Assembly (NCBI GenBank): GCA_964016885.1
Contig: OZ024761.1
Span: 9,486,001 to 9,550,000, forward strand
DNA: 64,000 bases
Reading direction: 5' to 3'
From: Eledone cirrhosa
Lineage: Eukaryota
Under the pieces are notes generated by a model that worked only from the letters and a program-made list of their open reading frames with translations, had not been told where the DNA came from and made no database searches. Below, piece after piece: positions 14,493 to 30,233 of this stretch. How positions within the stretch are numbered: the first letter of the stretch is position 1; every line of letters starts with the position of its first letter. Position numbers and translations under genes: made by a program.

Positions 14493-14661
14493 TGTTTCTA
14501 CTTTAGGCACAAGGCCAGCAAATACCCAGTACATTACTGGTACTTCATTTTATGGACCCCGTAAGGATGAAAGGCAGAGTTAACCTGAGACTGTAAAGGG
14601 ACGTAACTATGCTAGAAAGCATGGCGTACAACCCTCTACCGATACTGCCAATTCACCACCC
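14493..14661 (-). mobile_element. tRNA-derived SINE family 1 with 17 bp TSD
   Basis: TSD ttaataaattaaataat at 14476 and 14662. Confidence 0.85.
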
Positions 14662-14696
14662 TTAATAAATTAAATAATCAGAGCTATATATCATAA

Positions 14697-14848
<152 letters not shown>

Positions 14849-15010
14849 AGTAAGTATGTTTTGAAACAGTGAGCAAGTTTGAAATTAGAAAATAGAATAG
14901 CTTTCACCGTATTTTTTACTAAAGGAATTTTAGCCTGATAAATGGGGTTTAGAACCCTCAGATAAATGGAAAAAGATGAGTATTGACGTACATGTATATA
15001 TATATATTAT

Positions 15011-15378
15011 AAAATAACAGGAGGCTGGACTGGTGTAAATCCTTAAAAGGTTTATTATACTATGATCATTTCAATGACCGGATTTCAGTCCCATGGAATT
15101 TGTCTATTATATTCCTTTGTTATATTTCGAATACCTGATGATGTCACCGGATTCATACTGAACCCGGTCATTGAAATGATCATAGTATAATAAACCTTTT
15201 AAGGAATTACACCAGTCCAGCCTCCTGTTATTTTATAATAATTAACTCCGTACTCGCACCACCAACTACACAAACGAAGACGGGTGAGTTGCATTACGTC
15301 GAGTGCTCTCCATAATATTACATCGAGGTTGACCATACGGAATGATCAGTTCTATCCAGTGGTGAACCAACAAACCCA
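15011..15378. mobile_element. Hammerhead-bearing foldback element family E
   Basis: 15011-15088 is inverted relative to 15158-15236 and is followed by a ~140 bp tail. An unfolded copy is at 17522-17790. Confidence 0.75.
15131..15188 (+). ncRNA. Type I hammerhead ribozyme motif (family E) with palindromic minimal stem III
   Basis: atac CTGATGA tgtcaccggattca-tac-tgaacccggtcatt GAAA tgatca TA gtat. ATGATCAT is self-complementary. Confidence 0.75.
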
Positions 15379-15379
15379 A

Positions 15380-15430
<51 letters not shown>

Positions 15431-15550
15431 AGTGTGTGTATATATATATATATATATTAGGTATAGGATTACCCAAGATGTAGTACTGGTTAATTAAGTA
15501 AGCACACGGAATAAATTACCTTTTTTGATGTCTACCTGTTATTATTCATT

Positions 15551-15646
<96 letters not shown>

Positions 15647-15651
15647 CTGTG

Positions 15652-15692
<41 letters not shown>

Positions 15693-15701
15693 ATCTGTGT
15701 G

Positions 15702-15837
<136 letters not shown>

Positions 15838-16209
15838 TGTGCGCGTGTGTGTGTGGTTCAAGTTTACTCTTGTGATTTACGGAATTAACTGTAAATGGTT
15901 TTGACGTCTACAACACAACAAAGTTTACACGTCTATTTGAAAGTATTTATACAATTAGCACTAATGTATTTCTGAATCCAGTGGAAAATACTGTTTTCTC
16001 ATAAAACCATAAGCTCTCAGTGATTCTAAATCGTTGCCAAAGAATACACAAATGCTTCAAAGGATGAAACTCTGTTAGATTTGTGTTGTTATGAATAATG
16101 GAATCAATGTAGATATTATGAGAAAATAGTGTTCGTGTCGGCATCGTTCAAGAGATCAGAATCAACTGTAATTACACTTATAAAATATATATTTATCGAA
16201 GGCAATCAA

Positions 16210-16244
<35 letters not shown>

Positions 16245-16467
16245 ATATATATATACAAGCAAATTATAAACGTAAACATGTAAGTATGTTTTTGAAACGG
16301 TGCGCGAGTTTGAAATTAGATATTAGAAATTATAAGCTTTCGCCGTATTTTAGACTAAAGGAATTTCTAGCCTGATAGTGGGGTTTATAACCCTCGGAGA
16401 AAATGGAAAAAGATGAGTGTTGCCGTACAAGTCTAAAATACGGTGAAAGCTTATAATTTCTAATTTC

Positions 16468-16513
<46 letters not shown>

Positions 16514-16636
16514 AGGTGAGTTTTATTGTAGGACAATAAAGCAATGCAGATATCGGATAAGAAGCACTCTACAGTTTGTAGGACTGGAGTATATATAATA
16601 TATAAGAACAAAAGATGGTTAAAAGAGTTCCATGTA

Positions 16637-16700
16637 TTTTATTATGCGCATTTCAAAAACAAATATCATGCAATAATATTTGCGTTTTCATCAGATAAAA
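16637..16700 (-). ncRNA. Type I hammerhead ribozyme motif (family G) inside a foldback element at ~16595-16825
   Basis: Minus strand: ttttat CTGATGA aaacgcaaatatt..atatttgttttt GAAA tgcgca TA ataaaa. ATGCGCAT is a palindrome; the inverted arm is at 16765-16825. Confidence 0.7.
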
Positions 16701-16819
16701 CAGGAAGACATGATATGAAAGTTAAAAAACACTTGTGGATAGTGCGCATAATAAAATACATGGATAGTGCGCATAATAAAATAATAAAATACATGGAACT
16801 CTTTTAACCATCTTTTGTT

Positions 16820-16857
<38 letters not shown>

Positions 16858-16985
16858 AAAGTTCTATTTAAATTGTTGGGATGCAACAAACAAATATTTT
16901 TAGAACTGATATAAAGCACTCAACAAATAATTGGAGTAAAAATACGATATTAACAAATGGAAACTATATTTATAAAACCATATTT

Positions 16986-17048
16986 ATTTCATTATACATA
17001 TTTCAAGGACACCAAGTTAAATTATGGTGTGCTTTCATCAGATAAAAT
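16986..17048 (-). ncRNA. Type I hammerhead ribozyme motif (family F)
   Basis: Minus strand: attttat CTGATGA aagcacacca..tggtgtcctt GAAA tatgta TA atgaaat. Confidence 0.7.
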
Positions 17049-17314
17049 ATAATATAGAGCAGTTTTATAAATAAATATTGACATACCCTTAAAGAATGCA
17101 ACCATTACTGTTGGAAGCTCCCGGATATATATATATATATATAATATTTATTGAAGGCAATATATATGTATATATATAATATTAGGGATACTATTTATGG
17201 TTATGTATATATTAACAATTTTTATAGTTATGTATATTTTAAACCCTAAACAGTGAAAGTCAGTAATTTATTACTACCTTATTACCAGTAAGATAAATAG
17301 CTGAATGTAATAAC

Positions 17315-17500
17315 TGCTTCTACTTTAGGCACAAGGCCAGCAATTACCCCAGTGCATTACTGGTACTTTATTTTATCGACCCCGTAAGGATGAAAGGCAA
17401 AGTCAATCTCGGCGGTATTTGAACTCAGATCGTAAAGGGACGTAACTATGCTGGAAAGCATGGCGTCCGACCCTCTACCGATACTGCCAATCCACCGCCC
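17315..17500 (-). mobile_element. tRNA-derived SINE family 1, full length, 18 bp TSD
   Basis: TSD atagct(g/c)aatgtaataac at 17297 and 17501. Confidence 0.9.
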
Positions 17501-17542
17501 ATAGCTCAATGTAATAACACCATATTCCTTTGTTATATTCCA

Positions 17543-17600
17543 ATACCTGATGATATCACCGGATTCATATGGAACCCGGTCATTGAAATGATCATAGTAT
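17543..17600 (+). ncRNA. Type I hammerhead ribozyme motif (family E, second copy)
   Basis: atac CTGATGA tatcaccggattc..gaacccggtcatt GAAA tgatca TA gtat. Confidence 0.7.
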
Positions 17601-17792
17601 AATAAACCTTTCAAGGACTTACACCAGTCCAGCCTCCTGTTATTTCATTCATAATTAACTCCGTATTCGCACCACCAACTACAAGAATGAAGATCGGTGA
17701 ACTGCACTGCGTTGAGTACTCTTCACAATATTATACCAGGATTGACCATATGGAATGACCAGTTCTATCCAGTGGTGAACCAACAAACCTTA

Positions 17793-17844
<52 letters not shown>

Positions 17845-17874
17845 ACGTACATATATATACATACACATATATAT

Positions 17875-17909
<35 letters not shown>

Positions 17910-17967
17910 CATATATACACACACACACACACCCACACATATATATATATTTAATTCGCATGTTAAT

Positions 17968-18070
17968 TAATTGTTTCTACTTTAGGCACAAGGCCAGCAA
18001 TTACCCAGTGCATTACTGGTACTTTATTTTATCGACCTCGTAAGGATGAAAGGCAAAGTCAACCTCGGTA
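17968..18070 (-). mobile_element. SINE family 1, 3' half
   Basis: ttgtttctactttaggcacaaggccagc...ggatgaaaggcaaagtcaacctcgg. Confidence 0.8.
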
Positions 18071-18089
18071 ATAATCTTCAAACATATAT

Positions 18090-18244
<155 letters not shown>

Positions 18245-18712
18245 CATATCGTTCCTCAAATCTCTAAGAAGATCAACTGCGGGAGTTATTGCTGTGAGTA
18301 CTGACGTCAGAGGAACGCTGGCTTAATACACAGCAACAACTTCCCTGCTGTATTGTTATAGAGAACTATATAAAGTCTGATTCTCTTTGTACTGTTGGTT
18401 TTCATATGTCCAGAGAACAGGGCAATAATTTGTATCAGTTGAAGAGCTGGAGAATTTAATCAACATTTATGAACGATGTCCATAATAGATCTGTCTATTG
18501 GTGCCATCAATCTACGTAGTTATGTATCTATTTATTTCTCATATCTAGCGAATCTCTCTCTGTCCCTCTCCCCTTCTCTCTCTCTCTCTCTCTTTATATA
18601 TATATATATATATATATAATCACATATAAATATGACTATATATATATGTGTATATATATAGTCACATATACATACACACACTGACACACACATATATATA
18701 TATATATATGTC

Positions 18713-18775
<63 letters not shown>

Positions 18776-19114
18776 TACACGCACACATACATATCTGTTA
18801 GTGCATATTTGTGTATCTATATATATATTTACTTATCTATATATCTTGCATATCTATTTATCTATCTATCTCTCTGTTTACCTATCTATCTACCTATCTA
18901 CCTACCTATCTACCTATCTACCTATAGATATATTTAACTATATATCCCTCTAATGCATATCTTTCTAATCTTTATGGCAGGCCATATTTAGTTTGTTTTA
19001 TATTCTGTATATCACCAATGACGTAAGCAGTTATCTGTTGTTCGCTTTGAAAATCGCTGAGTGTCATATTAACACGAGCTTCTAATACGTAATCGCTGTT
19101 TAAAATCTTGTATT

Positions 19115-19244
<130 letters not shown>

Positions 19245-19281
19245 ATATATTAACAAATGGAAACTATATTTATAAAACCAT

Positions 19282-19347
19282 ATTCATTATACATATTTCA
19301 TTATAGGACATCAAGTTAAATTATGGTGTGCTTTCATCAGATAAAAT
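19282..19347 (-). ncRNA. Hammerhead ribozyme motif (family F, degenerate stem II)
   Basis: tcatcag at 19334-19340 and tttc at ~19296, in the same context as the 16986 copy. Confidence 0.55.
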
Positions 19348-19512
19348 ATAATATAGAGCAGTTTTATAAATAAATATTGACATACCCTTAAAGAATGCGA
19401 CCATATATATGGTGCCCCAGCATGGCCTCAGCCGGATGGCTGAAACACGTAAAGGAGTAAAATAGTAATATATATGTGTATAAATATATATATAAATATA
19501 AATATATATATT

Positions 19513-19546
<34 letters not shown>

Positions 19547-19566
19547 CATATATATATTTATACATA

Positions 19567-19603
<37 letters not shown>

Positions 19604-19610
19604 TTATACA

Positions 19611-19647
<37 letters not shown>

Positions 19648-19685
19648 TTATACATATATATATATATATATACATATATATATTT

Positions 19686-19724
<39 letters not shown>

Positions 19725-19757
19725 CATATATATATATATATATACATATATATATTT

Positions 19758-19796
<39 letters not shown>

Positions 19797-19831
19797 CATA
19801 TATATATATATATATATACATATATATATTT

Positions 19832-19910
<79 letters not shown>

Positions 19911-19976
19911 CATATATATATATATATACTATATATATATATATATATTTATACATATATATATATATATATATTT

Positions 19977-20163
<187 letters not shown>

Positions 20164-20194
20164 CATATATATACATATATATATATATATATAC

Positions 20195-20233
<39 letters not shown>

Positions 20234-20294
20234 GCATATATATATATATACATATATATACATATATATACATATATACATATATATATATTAT

Positions 20295-20330
<36 letters not shown>

Positions 20331-20409
20331 TACATATATACATATATATTTATACATATATATATATACATATATATATATATATTTATACATATATATA
20401 TATATATTT

Positions 20410-20476
<67 letters not shown>

Positions 20477-20700
20477 TGAATGTATATATAGTGCATTTTG
20501 CAATTCACTGTATGCTTAATTAAAAGCATTTCGAAGACCTTATGCTATTGTTTGCTGTTTGCTGAAAATTAAAGTAAGTGAGTCTGTCACTACTCTAAAA
20601 CAATAGCATAAGGTCTTCGAAATGCTTTTAATTAAGCATACAGTGTATTGCAAAATGAACTATATATACATTCATATATACATAGCGATTTCAGAGCACC
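20477..20700. repeat. Foldback element with ~75 bp inverted arms in (TA)n
   Basis: 20477-20553 is the imperfect reverse complement of 20596-20672. Confidence 0.75.
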
Positions 20701-20701
20701 A

Positions 20702-20742
<41 letters not shown>

Positions 20743-21311
20743 AATACAAGATTTTAAACAGCGATTACGTATTAGAAGCTCGTGTTAATATCACTTATTT
20801 TTTATCATTTATTTTGTTTTGACCTGTTTAGCTTGATTTGGTTTTTGGCTTGGGTGGTTAATGCCTTCTTGACCACCTTTTCAGTTTTGTATGGCTTCTT
20901 AACACATTGTTTAGCTCTGGTTTTTAACTATTGAGCACTTTGCCAGTATCATTTCTGATTTTTGCGTTTCGCTTCGCTTTTCCTGCCCGCCGAAAATGCA
21001 ATTCTCGCTGAATCTTTATTTGTATATAAATATATATATTCAAAATTAAATTTAATTAATTTAAGGGTGTCATGTCCGAGAGACATTATTTGGCCACTGT
21101 GGTTTACTGAAAAATTGATGGTAAAATATATTTCTTTAATGAAATATATACAAGAAAGATTCTTCTATTTATACGGTATCTATTTTTAAAGTTCTAGTTA
21201 AACTTTAATTAGTTACCTACATAGCTATGTGTGCTTACACACTTTTACAAATTATTCCCTGTGATTGTTTCATGTTTATTTTAGATATATATATGTCAAT
21301 CAATTTCTAGT

Positions 21312-21380
<69 letters not shown>

Positions 21381-21558
21381 TATATATATATAAATAAATA
21401 TATATATATAAATAAATATATATATATATATAAATAAATATATATACAAATACTGAATAAATTAAATTAACCGATATAAAAGACAAGTGAAAACCAACCA
21501 AACAGTGAGTGTGTTCTGTTATTAATTCTGGCAATATTATTACACAAATACACAAATT

Positions 21559-21742
21559 GGCGGTGGATTGGCAGTATCGGTAGAGGGTCGGACGCCATGC
21601 TTTCCAGCATAGTTACGTCCCTTTACGATCTGAGTTCAAATCCCGCCGAGGTTGACTTTGCCTTTCATCCTTACGGGGTCGATAAAATAAAGTACCAGTA
21701 ATGAACTGGGAAATTGCTGGCCTTGTGCCTAAAGTAGAAACA
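21559..21742 (+). mobile_element. tRNA-derived SINE family 1, full length
   Basis: A box tggcagtatcggtag and B box gagttcaaatccc. The central gttgactttgcctttcatccttacggggtcgataaa resembles the Meta/MESC SINE domain (recalled from memory, not searched). More than 12 copies occur in the window. Confidence 0.9.
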
Positions 21743-21920
21743 AATATTATTACACAAATATGAACCTCCTCTATATATAAATAAATATATATATATAAAT
21801 TTATATTAATAAAAGGAATTCCAACTTTGTCTTATTTACTCGTTTTATTTACAATCCTTTAAAATTATAATGATATTATAATGAAATAGCATGGTATAAT
21901 ATTAAATGTTAAGTGTTAAT

Positions 21921-21959
21921 TGAACAAGTACTTTCATGCTTTAGCAATCTTCAGATTCA
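21921..21959 (-). ncRNA. Minimal type I hammerhead ribozyme motif at the edge of a ~105 bp palindrome (21944-22048)
   Basis: Minus strand: tgaat CTGAAGA ttgc taaa gcat GAAA gtac TT gttca. AAGTACTT is a palindrome. Confidence 0.65.
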
Positions 21960-22307
21960 TATACTGTGGTGACAGTCTAGTTTGCATTTTTCAACAGTTG
22001 AAAATTGCAAACTATACTGTCACCACACATTATGAACCTGAAGATTGCGAAGGTAATTTATTCCGAGTGCTTACAGATGTTTCAACAGTAGTTATACAGC
22101 CTAGTCATGCTATGTGCAATTGATAATTAATAATTATTTGATTGCAGAAACTCAATTTTCAAATGCTGCGACTACCATTTCCTCAGAGCAGAATGGTTAA
22201 AATGTAAATACCCTTGTATTTTTTAAAGGAAGTTATTGGAGATAATAGATAGATAAAGTGCGAGTGTGGTCTCGCATGATGAGCGATCTCCTCGGTCTCA
22301 GCACCAT

Positions 22308-22842
<535 letters not shown>

Positions 22843-22888
22843 TATCTGGTGCTGAGACCGAGGAGATCGCTAATCCTGAGAGACCACA

Positions 22889-22922
<34 letters not shown>

Positions 22923-22924
22923 CA

Positions 22925-22966
<42 letters not shown>

Positions 22967-23077
22967 TATATATATATGTATATATATGAATGTAAAAGAT
23001 AAACAGAAATAACAACACAATCGGTACAGTATATGGAAGGTATATATTAGGTCATCGCTTGATATAGCAGGAAGAGG

Positions 23078-23115
23078 GTTTTAACGTTTCGGACGCTAGA
23101 CCTTCATCAGAAGAA
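23078..23115 (-). ncRNA. Minimal hammerhead-like motif
   Basis: Minus strand: tt CTGATGA aggtctagcgtcc GAAA cgt TA aa. AACGTT is a palindrome, but stem I is weak. Confidence 0.45.
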
Positions 23116-23565
23116 AGAATGAGAAATAAAATAGATTGAAGTGAAGGGCGGGATAAATGGAACTGGAAAAAATGTCTTTAGAGAAAAATAATAGGTCCAT
23201 TCATGTTGACATCTTTTATGAGCAATGTTGTGTGTACGTGCGTATATACTGTATATACTGAGGACAGGACACCATAGGTTAAGTTTGTAACAAACCTTTT
23301 CAAGTGAAATTTTCCGCAGTTTTCCGTTAATTTCCGCTACGTTCCGTTATTTTTCTCTCGCCGTCTATCCACAAATTTCATTACAGTAATTTGTAGTTTC
23401 AACATGTTATCAGTAGATAATTACATTACGACAAACACTGAAGAAGCGACTAGACTAAAACAAACAACAACAATCACTAGCCACGTAAATAAGACTAGAC
23501 AAAACATGTGTGTGTGTGTGTCTGTGTATATATATATGTATATATATATACATATATACATATAC

Positions 23566-23598
<33 letters not shown>

Positions 23599-23837
23599 AA
23601 CTGATATATATACATATATATATATACATATATAAATATAAATATATATACATATATATAAATATACATATATACACTTATATACACATATTAGTTAAAG
23701 TCTATTTAGTTAAATCTATTTAGTTAAATTTATTTGAATCTTGTTACATAATATGGTGATAGTTGTTAATTCGGAAGAAATACGTTGGTACCTTGTCATC
23801 TACTGATATACACACACACATACACACACACATACAT

Positions 23838-23872
<35 letters not shown>

Positions 23873-23878
23873 GACATA

Positions 23879-23916
<38 letters not shown>

Positions 23917-23927
23917 CATATATATAC

Positions 23928-23958
<31 letters not shown>

Positions 23959-24002
23959 CATATCTCTCTCTTAAATATATATATATATACATATATATGT
24001 AT

Positions 24003-24068
<66 letters not shown>

Positions 24069-24085
24069 ATATATGTGTGTGTAAT

Positions 24086-24187
<102 letters not shown>

Positions 24188-24448
24188 ATATATACAATTG
24201 TATACATCTAACATGTCATGAATAATAACATGTATATATATATATGTAAGTGTATATAATGAGATATATAGACACTATGTATATTCACATTATATATAGA
24301 CATTCTCTCAAAACAGATGTTTGTGTGATACTAAGTTTATATATATCTATCCCTCTTTTTCTCTCACTTACATATGCATATATGTATATATATGCATATG
24401 TAAGTGATAGTAAAAAATATATAATGTGAATATACATAGTGTATATAT

Positions 24449-24496
<48 letters not shown>

Positions 24497-24625
24497 ATAT
24501 ATATATGTATATATACACACCCACACATACTTGTAAAACACTATTCTTGCGAGTGATGTAAATATGTTAGCTGTATACACGTGTGTATCATATACATACA
24601 TATATATATATACATATATATACAC

Positions 24626-24688
<63 letters not shown>

Positions 24689-24749
24689 TATATAAATACA
24701 TACATATATATACACACACACATATATATATATACATATACACACGCAC

Positions 24750-24820
<71 letters not shown>

Positions 24821-25362
24821 TTTTATATATTTGTAGATTATTATTCATGAGAGATGTATATAATTAAGAAACAATAAGCAACGACAGATGAAAGGAATTT
24901 AACTAAAATTTTCTAAAATTCAAATATGCTTCAAACATAAACGACGCTATATTACCTATATACACCTCCATATATACACACTAATGTATACATAGAAATA
25001 TACACGGATATATACATCATATATATATTCACACTGGCCTATATGACGTATACATACAATTATACATGAACACATACGCCTACATATATACACATTGACG
25101 TAAACTTGGTGATTTACGTTAATATATACACCTATATATATATATATATATACAAATAGTAATATATACACACTGGCGTATATACTGACGTATACATAGT
25201 GATTTACATTGACATATATACACCTATATATATATACACACTGGCGTTCATACTGACGTATACAGTGATTTACATGAATATATAAACGTATATATACACA
25301 CTAACGGTGATATATACACACTGGCGTACATACTGACGTATACAGTGATTTACATGAATATA

Positions 25363-25971
25363 TGGTGGCTGCCAACTCGTTTTCGAGTACGGCCACTACT
25401 TTATATCCATGTAGGAGGACCCCTACCGATGCGCTGAACGAGTGTGACTTTTCAGTCCGGCCAGCGACTTGAAAACTTTGGTACAAACACTACACAAGTG
25501 ACAATTATTGACACATAGTGCTGGGCCCATGGTACCATGTGACGACAAGTGCAGAGAGATCTCCAGATATAAAGCAATGCCTGTGCCGTGAAGCTTTTAT
25601 AGTGAGCAAAGGCACTGCACAAAGCCAGTCCCACTCTCTTAACCAAGATGATATTTACCAAAAAGAAGAACAAGTCAACATCATTGGATATCATCAGGGT
25701 TGCAGATTTATATCAGAGTTTTCCTTCTCCTAGAATTCTGCCTTGACAAAGGCTAAGGGGTCATCTCTCCCGGTGATTTTGGATGGCCATTGACTCTTAA
25801 GAGCTCCTTTGCCCTTTGACAGGTTTTGTTTTTAGTCCTGCAGGATGTCCAAAGTCACCCTCCTCACCAAGAAACCTTGGTGGGGTTGCCAGTTTAGTCG
25901 CCAACGACCCGACCATGGGACAGGTTGTACTGGGATACATGTTACCAGTAGCACCAACTGGTGACCTGACA
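25363..25971 (-). mobile_element. Second copy of the internally deleted RTE derivative
   Basis: Near-identical reverse complement of 609-1218. Confidence 0.75.
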
Positions 25972-26343
25972 TATATACACCTATATATACACACTAACGG
26001 CAATATATACACACTGGCGTATATAGTGACGTATACAGTGATTTACATTGACATATATACACCTATATATATATACACTAACGGCGATATATACACACTG
26101 GCGTATACAGTGACAAACACCCCCCAACACTTGTGTGTGGGCGTGGGGTGAATATGTGTGTATATTTATGTGTGCCTCTTTATGAGTATATGTGTACGCG
26201 TTTATAGTAGTGTGTGAGTGAGTGTGTGTGTATGTTAGTGAGTGAGGGAGGTAGATAGATATATAGATAGATAGGCAGAACACAGGCAGGTAGATAGATA
26301 GAAGCATAAGAAATATAGACAGACTGAGGTTATATATATATAT

Positions 26344-26535
26344 ATAGGAACAAGTATGACCCCGACGGCAGAGCTCAAGCCGTTTCGACGGCTAATTCTG
26401 GACTAATTAGTCCAGAATTAGCCGTCGAAACGGCTTGAGCTCTGCCGTCGGGGTCATACTTGTTCCTATTACCCACTCTACTACCCTAAGTATTGAGTAC
26501 TTCAGTGCGTTATGGTCCATCTGGTTCCTTCGTTA
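26344..26535. mobile_element. Foldback element family J (other copies at 39690-39792, 41551-41672, 44450-44648, 51302-51497)
   Basis: Perfect palindrome 26344-26469 (axis 26406/7) plus a tail. It contains the 3' half of a hammerhead: GAAA cggc..gccGTC gggg. Confidence 0.75.
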
Positions 26536-26560
26536 TATATATATGTATATACATATATAT

Positions 26561-26816
26561 AATTATTAGGAATGTAAGCTATCGCCGTATTTTGACTAAA
26601 GAAAATATTTAGCCTGATAGTGGGGTTAAGAACCCTCGGAGAATTGGAAAAAGATGAGTATTGACGTCAATACTCATCTTTTTCCAATTCTCCGAGGGTT
26701 CTTAACCCCACTATCAGGCTAAATAATTTCTTTAATTTCTTTAGTCAAAATACGGCGATAGCTTACATTCCTAATAATTTCAAACCCACTCGCTGTTTCG
26801 AAAATATTCTTACTTG
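26561..26816. mobile_element. Foldback element family A, long palindromic copy
   Basis: Arms 26561-26665 and 26666-26779 (axis ttgac|gtcaa) plus a ~35 bp tail. Confidence 0.75.
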
Positions 26817-27727
26817 ATATATATATATAGTTACATTAGACTAAATATAAATAATATATCACCTCTCCACCAACACCCCACCTATACCACCACCACCACC
26901 ACGCCACCACTACCACCACTCCACCTATACCACCACCACCACTCCCCGACTACCACCACCTCACCAATAACACCACCACCACCACCACCACCACCACCAC
27001 CTCAACAAATATATAAAAATATACCCGAAAGCATAATTTTAGAGTTAAAGCAAAAAAAATACAAATGTAAAAAATAAAGAAAAAAATGGAAGAGAATACA
27101 TCCATGGAAGAATTAACGTCCATGTTCTCGTTATGTTCTCGTTTTAATGGAGATTGAAAAATCACGAGGAAAGAAAGTAAGAAAGAATGAAAGAGATGAT
27201 AAATGAAATGAAGAAGTGACATATCACCCTAAAATAGAAAAGGACATGTCGCAATGTAAGAGAAATGAAAGGTTTATAGTTTTCTCTATTATTATTTTTC
27301 TCTTTTTTTTTTTTGCTATAACAAATATTTAGCCTAGAGACAACATAGAAATAAAATAAAAAAAAATAGAAAGATAATTAAAAACAAATAACGAGCAGTG
27401 CGCATGTCTGTCTTTGATTTACAGTAAGGTAGCGAAAATGGGCAATATCCTTGGGCACCATTGATAATGTGTATCAAGGAAAATACAGTAGAAAAAAAAC
27501 TAATGAGTTTAAAAGACTGCAAGCTATTAGAATAACGAATATATTAAACTTTTAAAGATTTAAAATGGTGGCTTACGCGTTTTATTTTGGCTTTCATTTT
27601 TTAATTTTATTTTTTACTTAAGATGTAGAGAATTTAGTGTGCTTCTTAATACCACGTACGCAAGCAAAGATAGAAGATATTCGACGGTTATTCAAAGTCT
27701 AAATCTTATTTCTTCTTCAAATGATAG

Positions 27728-27871
27728 ACTACGATCTCAAAAAATATGAAACAATGTTGGATTTATGACAGAGAAAATGAAAAGATGGTCGTGAATTGTG
27801 AATGGAAGGACTTTGAGCTACGATCTGCTCCATCATATGGAATGATGTTGCAAAGACAAGGGCCCACAACG
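27728..27871 (+). CDS. Candidate internal coding exon (48 codons, phase 0/0)
   Basis: Pyrimidine-rich tract and TAG acceptor, open frame TTISKNMKQCWIYDRENEKMVVNCEWKDFELRSAPSYGMMLQRQGPTT, donor ACG|gtaggg. The sequence is unique and non-repetitive. Confidence 0.4.
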
Positions 27872-27995
27872 GTAGGGTTCACTGAAATCAATTAACCTCA
27901 ATAAAAAAAAAACTGAATGTTTTGGCCATATCCGACTATATTCGCTTATTGTGGGAAGCGAAGAGTTTTCTTTTATGCAAATGAATACACACACA

Positions 27996-28084
<89 letters not shown>

Positions 28085-28307
28085 GGGATCTTCTGAAACT
28101 TAGATCCCGTTAAGGGTGAAACCAGCGATTTCTTTGCTTAAAATTTAATCTGTTATTTTAGTAATAATTTGCTCTATGGTTTTTATGTATTTGATATATA
28201 TTTACTTATCCTTATCGAGCCCTTATTGAGCCACCTGTATTAGTGGTGGTTTAGTTGGGATCCAGCTGACGAAAAGGCCAGGGCTCAACCGTCGGGGTCC
28301 CGACTCT

Positions 28308-28344
<37 letters not shown>

Positions 28345-28348
<4 letters not shown>

Positions 28349-28386
28349 GTTTTAATTATATCGGTTGCCATTTTCGATATATGTAT

Positions 28387-28440
<54 letters not shown>

Positions 28441-28451
28441 GTATTTATATA

Positions 28452-28495
<44 letters not shown>

Positions 28496-28496
28496 T

Positions 28497-28528
<32 letters not shown>

Positions 28529-28530
28529 CG

Positions 28531-28583
<53 letters not shown>

Positions 28584-28584
28584 T

Positions 28585-28616
<32 letters not shown>

Positions 28617-28618
28617 CG

Positions 28619-28659
<41 letters not shown>

Positions 28660-28764
28660 GTATTTATATTATATATATATATATATATATATATGTATTT
28701 ATATTATATATATATATATATATATATGTATTTATATATTTATATATATATATGTATACATATA

Positions 28765-28818
<54 letters not shown>

Positions 28819-28821
28819 CAT

Positions 28822-28887
<66 letters not shown>

Positions 28888-28925
28888 ATACATATATCGA
28901 AAATGGCAACGGATATAATTAAAAC

Positions 28926-28930
<5 letters not shown>
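28345..28930. repeat. ~55 bp inverted repeats flanking a (TA)n array
   Basis: tcaggttttaattatatcggttgccattttcgatatatgtatac (28345) versus its reverse complement at 28884-28929. Confidence 0.8.
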
Positions 28931-29021
<91 letters not shown>

Positions 29022-29627
29022 TATATATACGCGATGCAGTCAACGTATGTAGGTGGTGCGTGCGTGTCTGTATGATAAAACTATAGCGGCATAGAGACGA
29101 ATGTATTGATGTAATTCATAAGATGAGCCGTTGGACATGAATTATATTTGTTAACATGTTAAACAATAATATATAACCTTGATATATAATATAATATAAT
29201 ATAACTATATATATATATATGTACAATATACAAATGTACTGAACAATAGCAGGCAAAAACACTACAGGGAGCCTCACCCCAGAAAGAGTTCTATAGACTT
29301 CTGACTGAGGAATGCTCTCAGAACTGACCAATGGGAAGTTTGACACTTTTTTTGTTATTTTGTTCCTTTAACACCTTCTTCCTTCTACCATTTTATCAAT
29401 GTTTAAGCTAACTCCAACAATAACAACACTGAGAATGAGGAATGTTCTAATAACTGACCAATGAGAGGAGAAGGGGACCTTTGACACTGAAATTCGTTTG
29501 TTTGAATTTATATGACTCCAGCTCCTCAGTGAATTAACAACCCAACAAGGAACTGGGCATATCAGAGTATTGACAATATTATACACCTAAACAATATATG
29601 TACTTATCTATACCACACTAATTCAAA

Positions 29628-29680
29628 CTGCCTGAAGAGGTCACAGCCAAAGATGGCTGTCACTGAAATATATATAGCAG
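29628..29680 (+). ncRNA. Type I hammerhead ribozyme motif
   Basis: ctgc CTGAAGA g gtcacagcca aaga tggctgtcac t GAAA tatata TA gcag. Confidence 0.75.
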
Positions 29681-29725
29681 CAATAAACGAAGCTAAATTT
29701 TAATCATTTGACTTTTATTTAACTT

Positions 29726-29761
<36 letters not shown>

Positions 29762-29768
<7 letters not shown>

Positions 29769-30105
29769 TACAAATATTAATAAAATAGATGTTCTTGTGA
29801 TCAATTAAATGTTATTATACATATCTCAAAGGTACAACTGTACGTCCTCATCAGATAAAATAAAATGATACATGACATACCCTGAGATGTTAAATGGTTA
29901 AGATTTAACATCTCAGAGTATGTCATGCATCATTTTATTTTATCTGATGAGGACGAACGGTTGTAGCTCTGAAATATGTATAATAACATTTAATTGATCA
30001 CAAGAACATCTATTTTATTAATATTTGTATTTTAATATTAATAACTCTGGAAAATATTATTGCTGTAGAGTGCTTCCAATCTACTGTAAAACTTATTCTT
30101 TGATG
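29762..30105. mobile_element. Hammerhead-bearing foldback element family D
   Basis: ~135 bp inverted arms around ~29897 plus a tail. Hammerhead core at 29937-29986 (ttat CTGATGA gga..tct GAAA tatgta TA ataa). A second copy is at 43073-43456. Confidence 0.75.
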
Positions 30106-30155
30106 TAGTCATTGAATCTTGTTTAACTCTTTAATACATACATATATATATATAA

Positions 30156-30233
<78 letters not shown>

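Noticed and set aside
27334-27522. Minus-strand ORF resembling a signal peptide (FKLISFFSTVFSLIHIINGAQGYCP)
   Set aside because: It has no ATG start, is short, and conflicts in strand with the neighbouring candidate exon. Support is insufficient.
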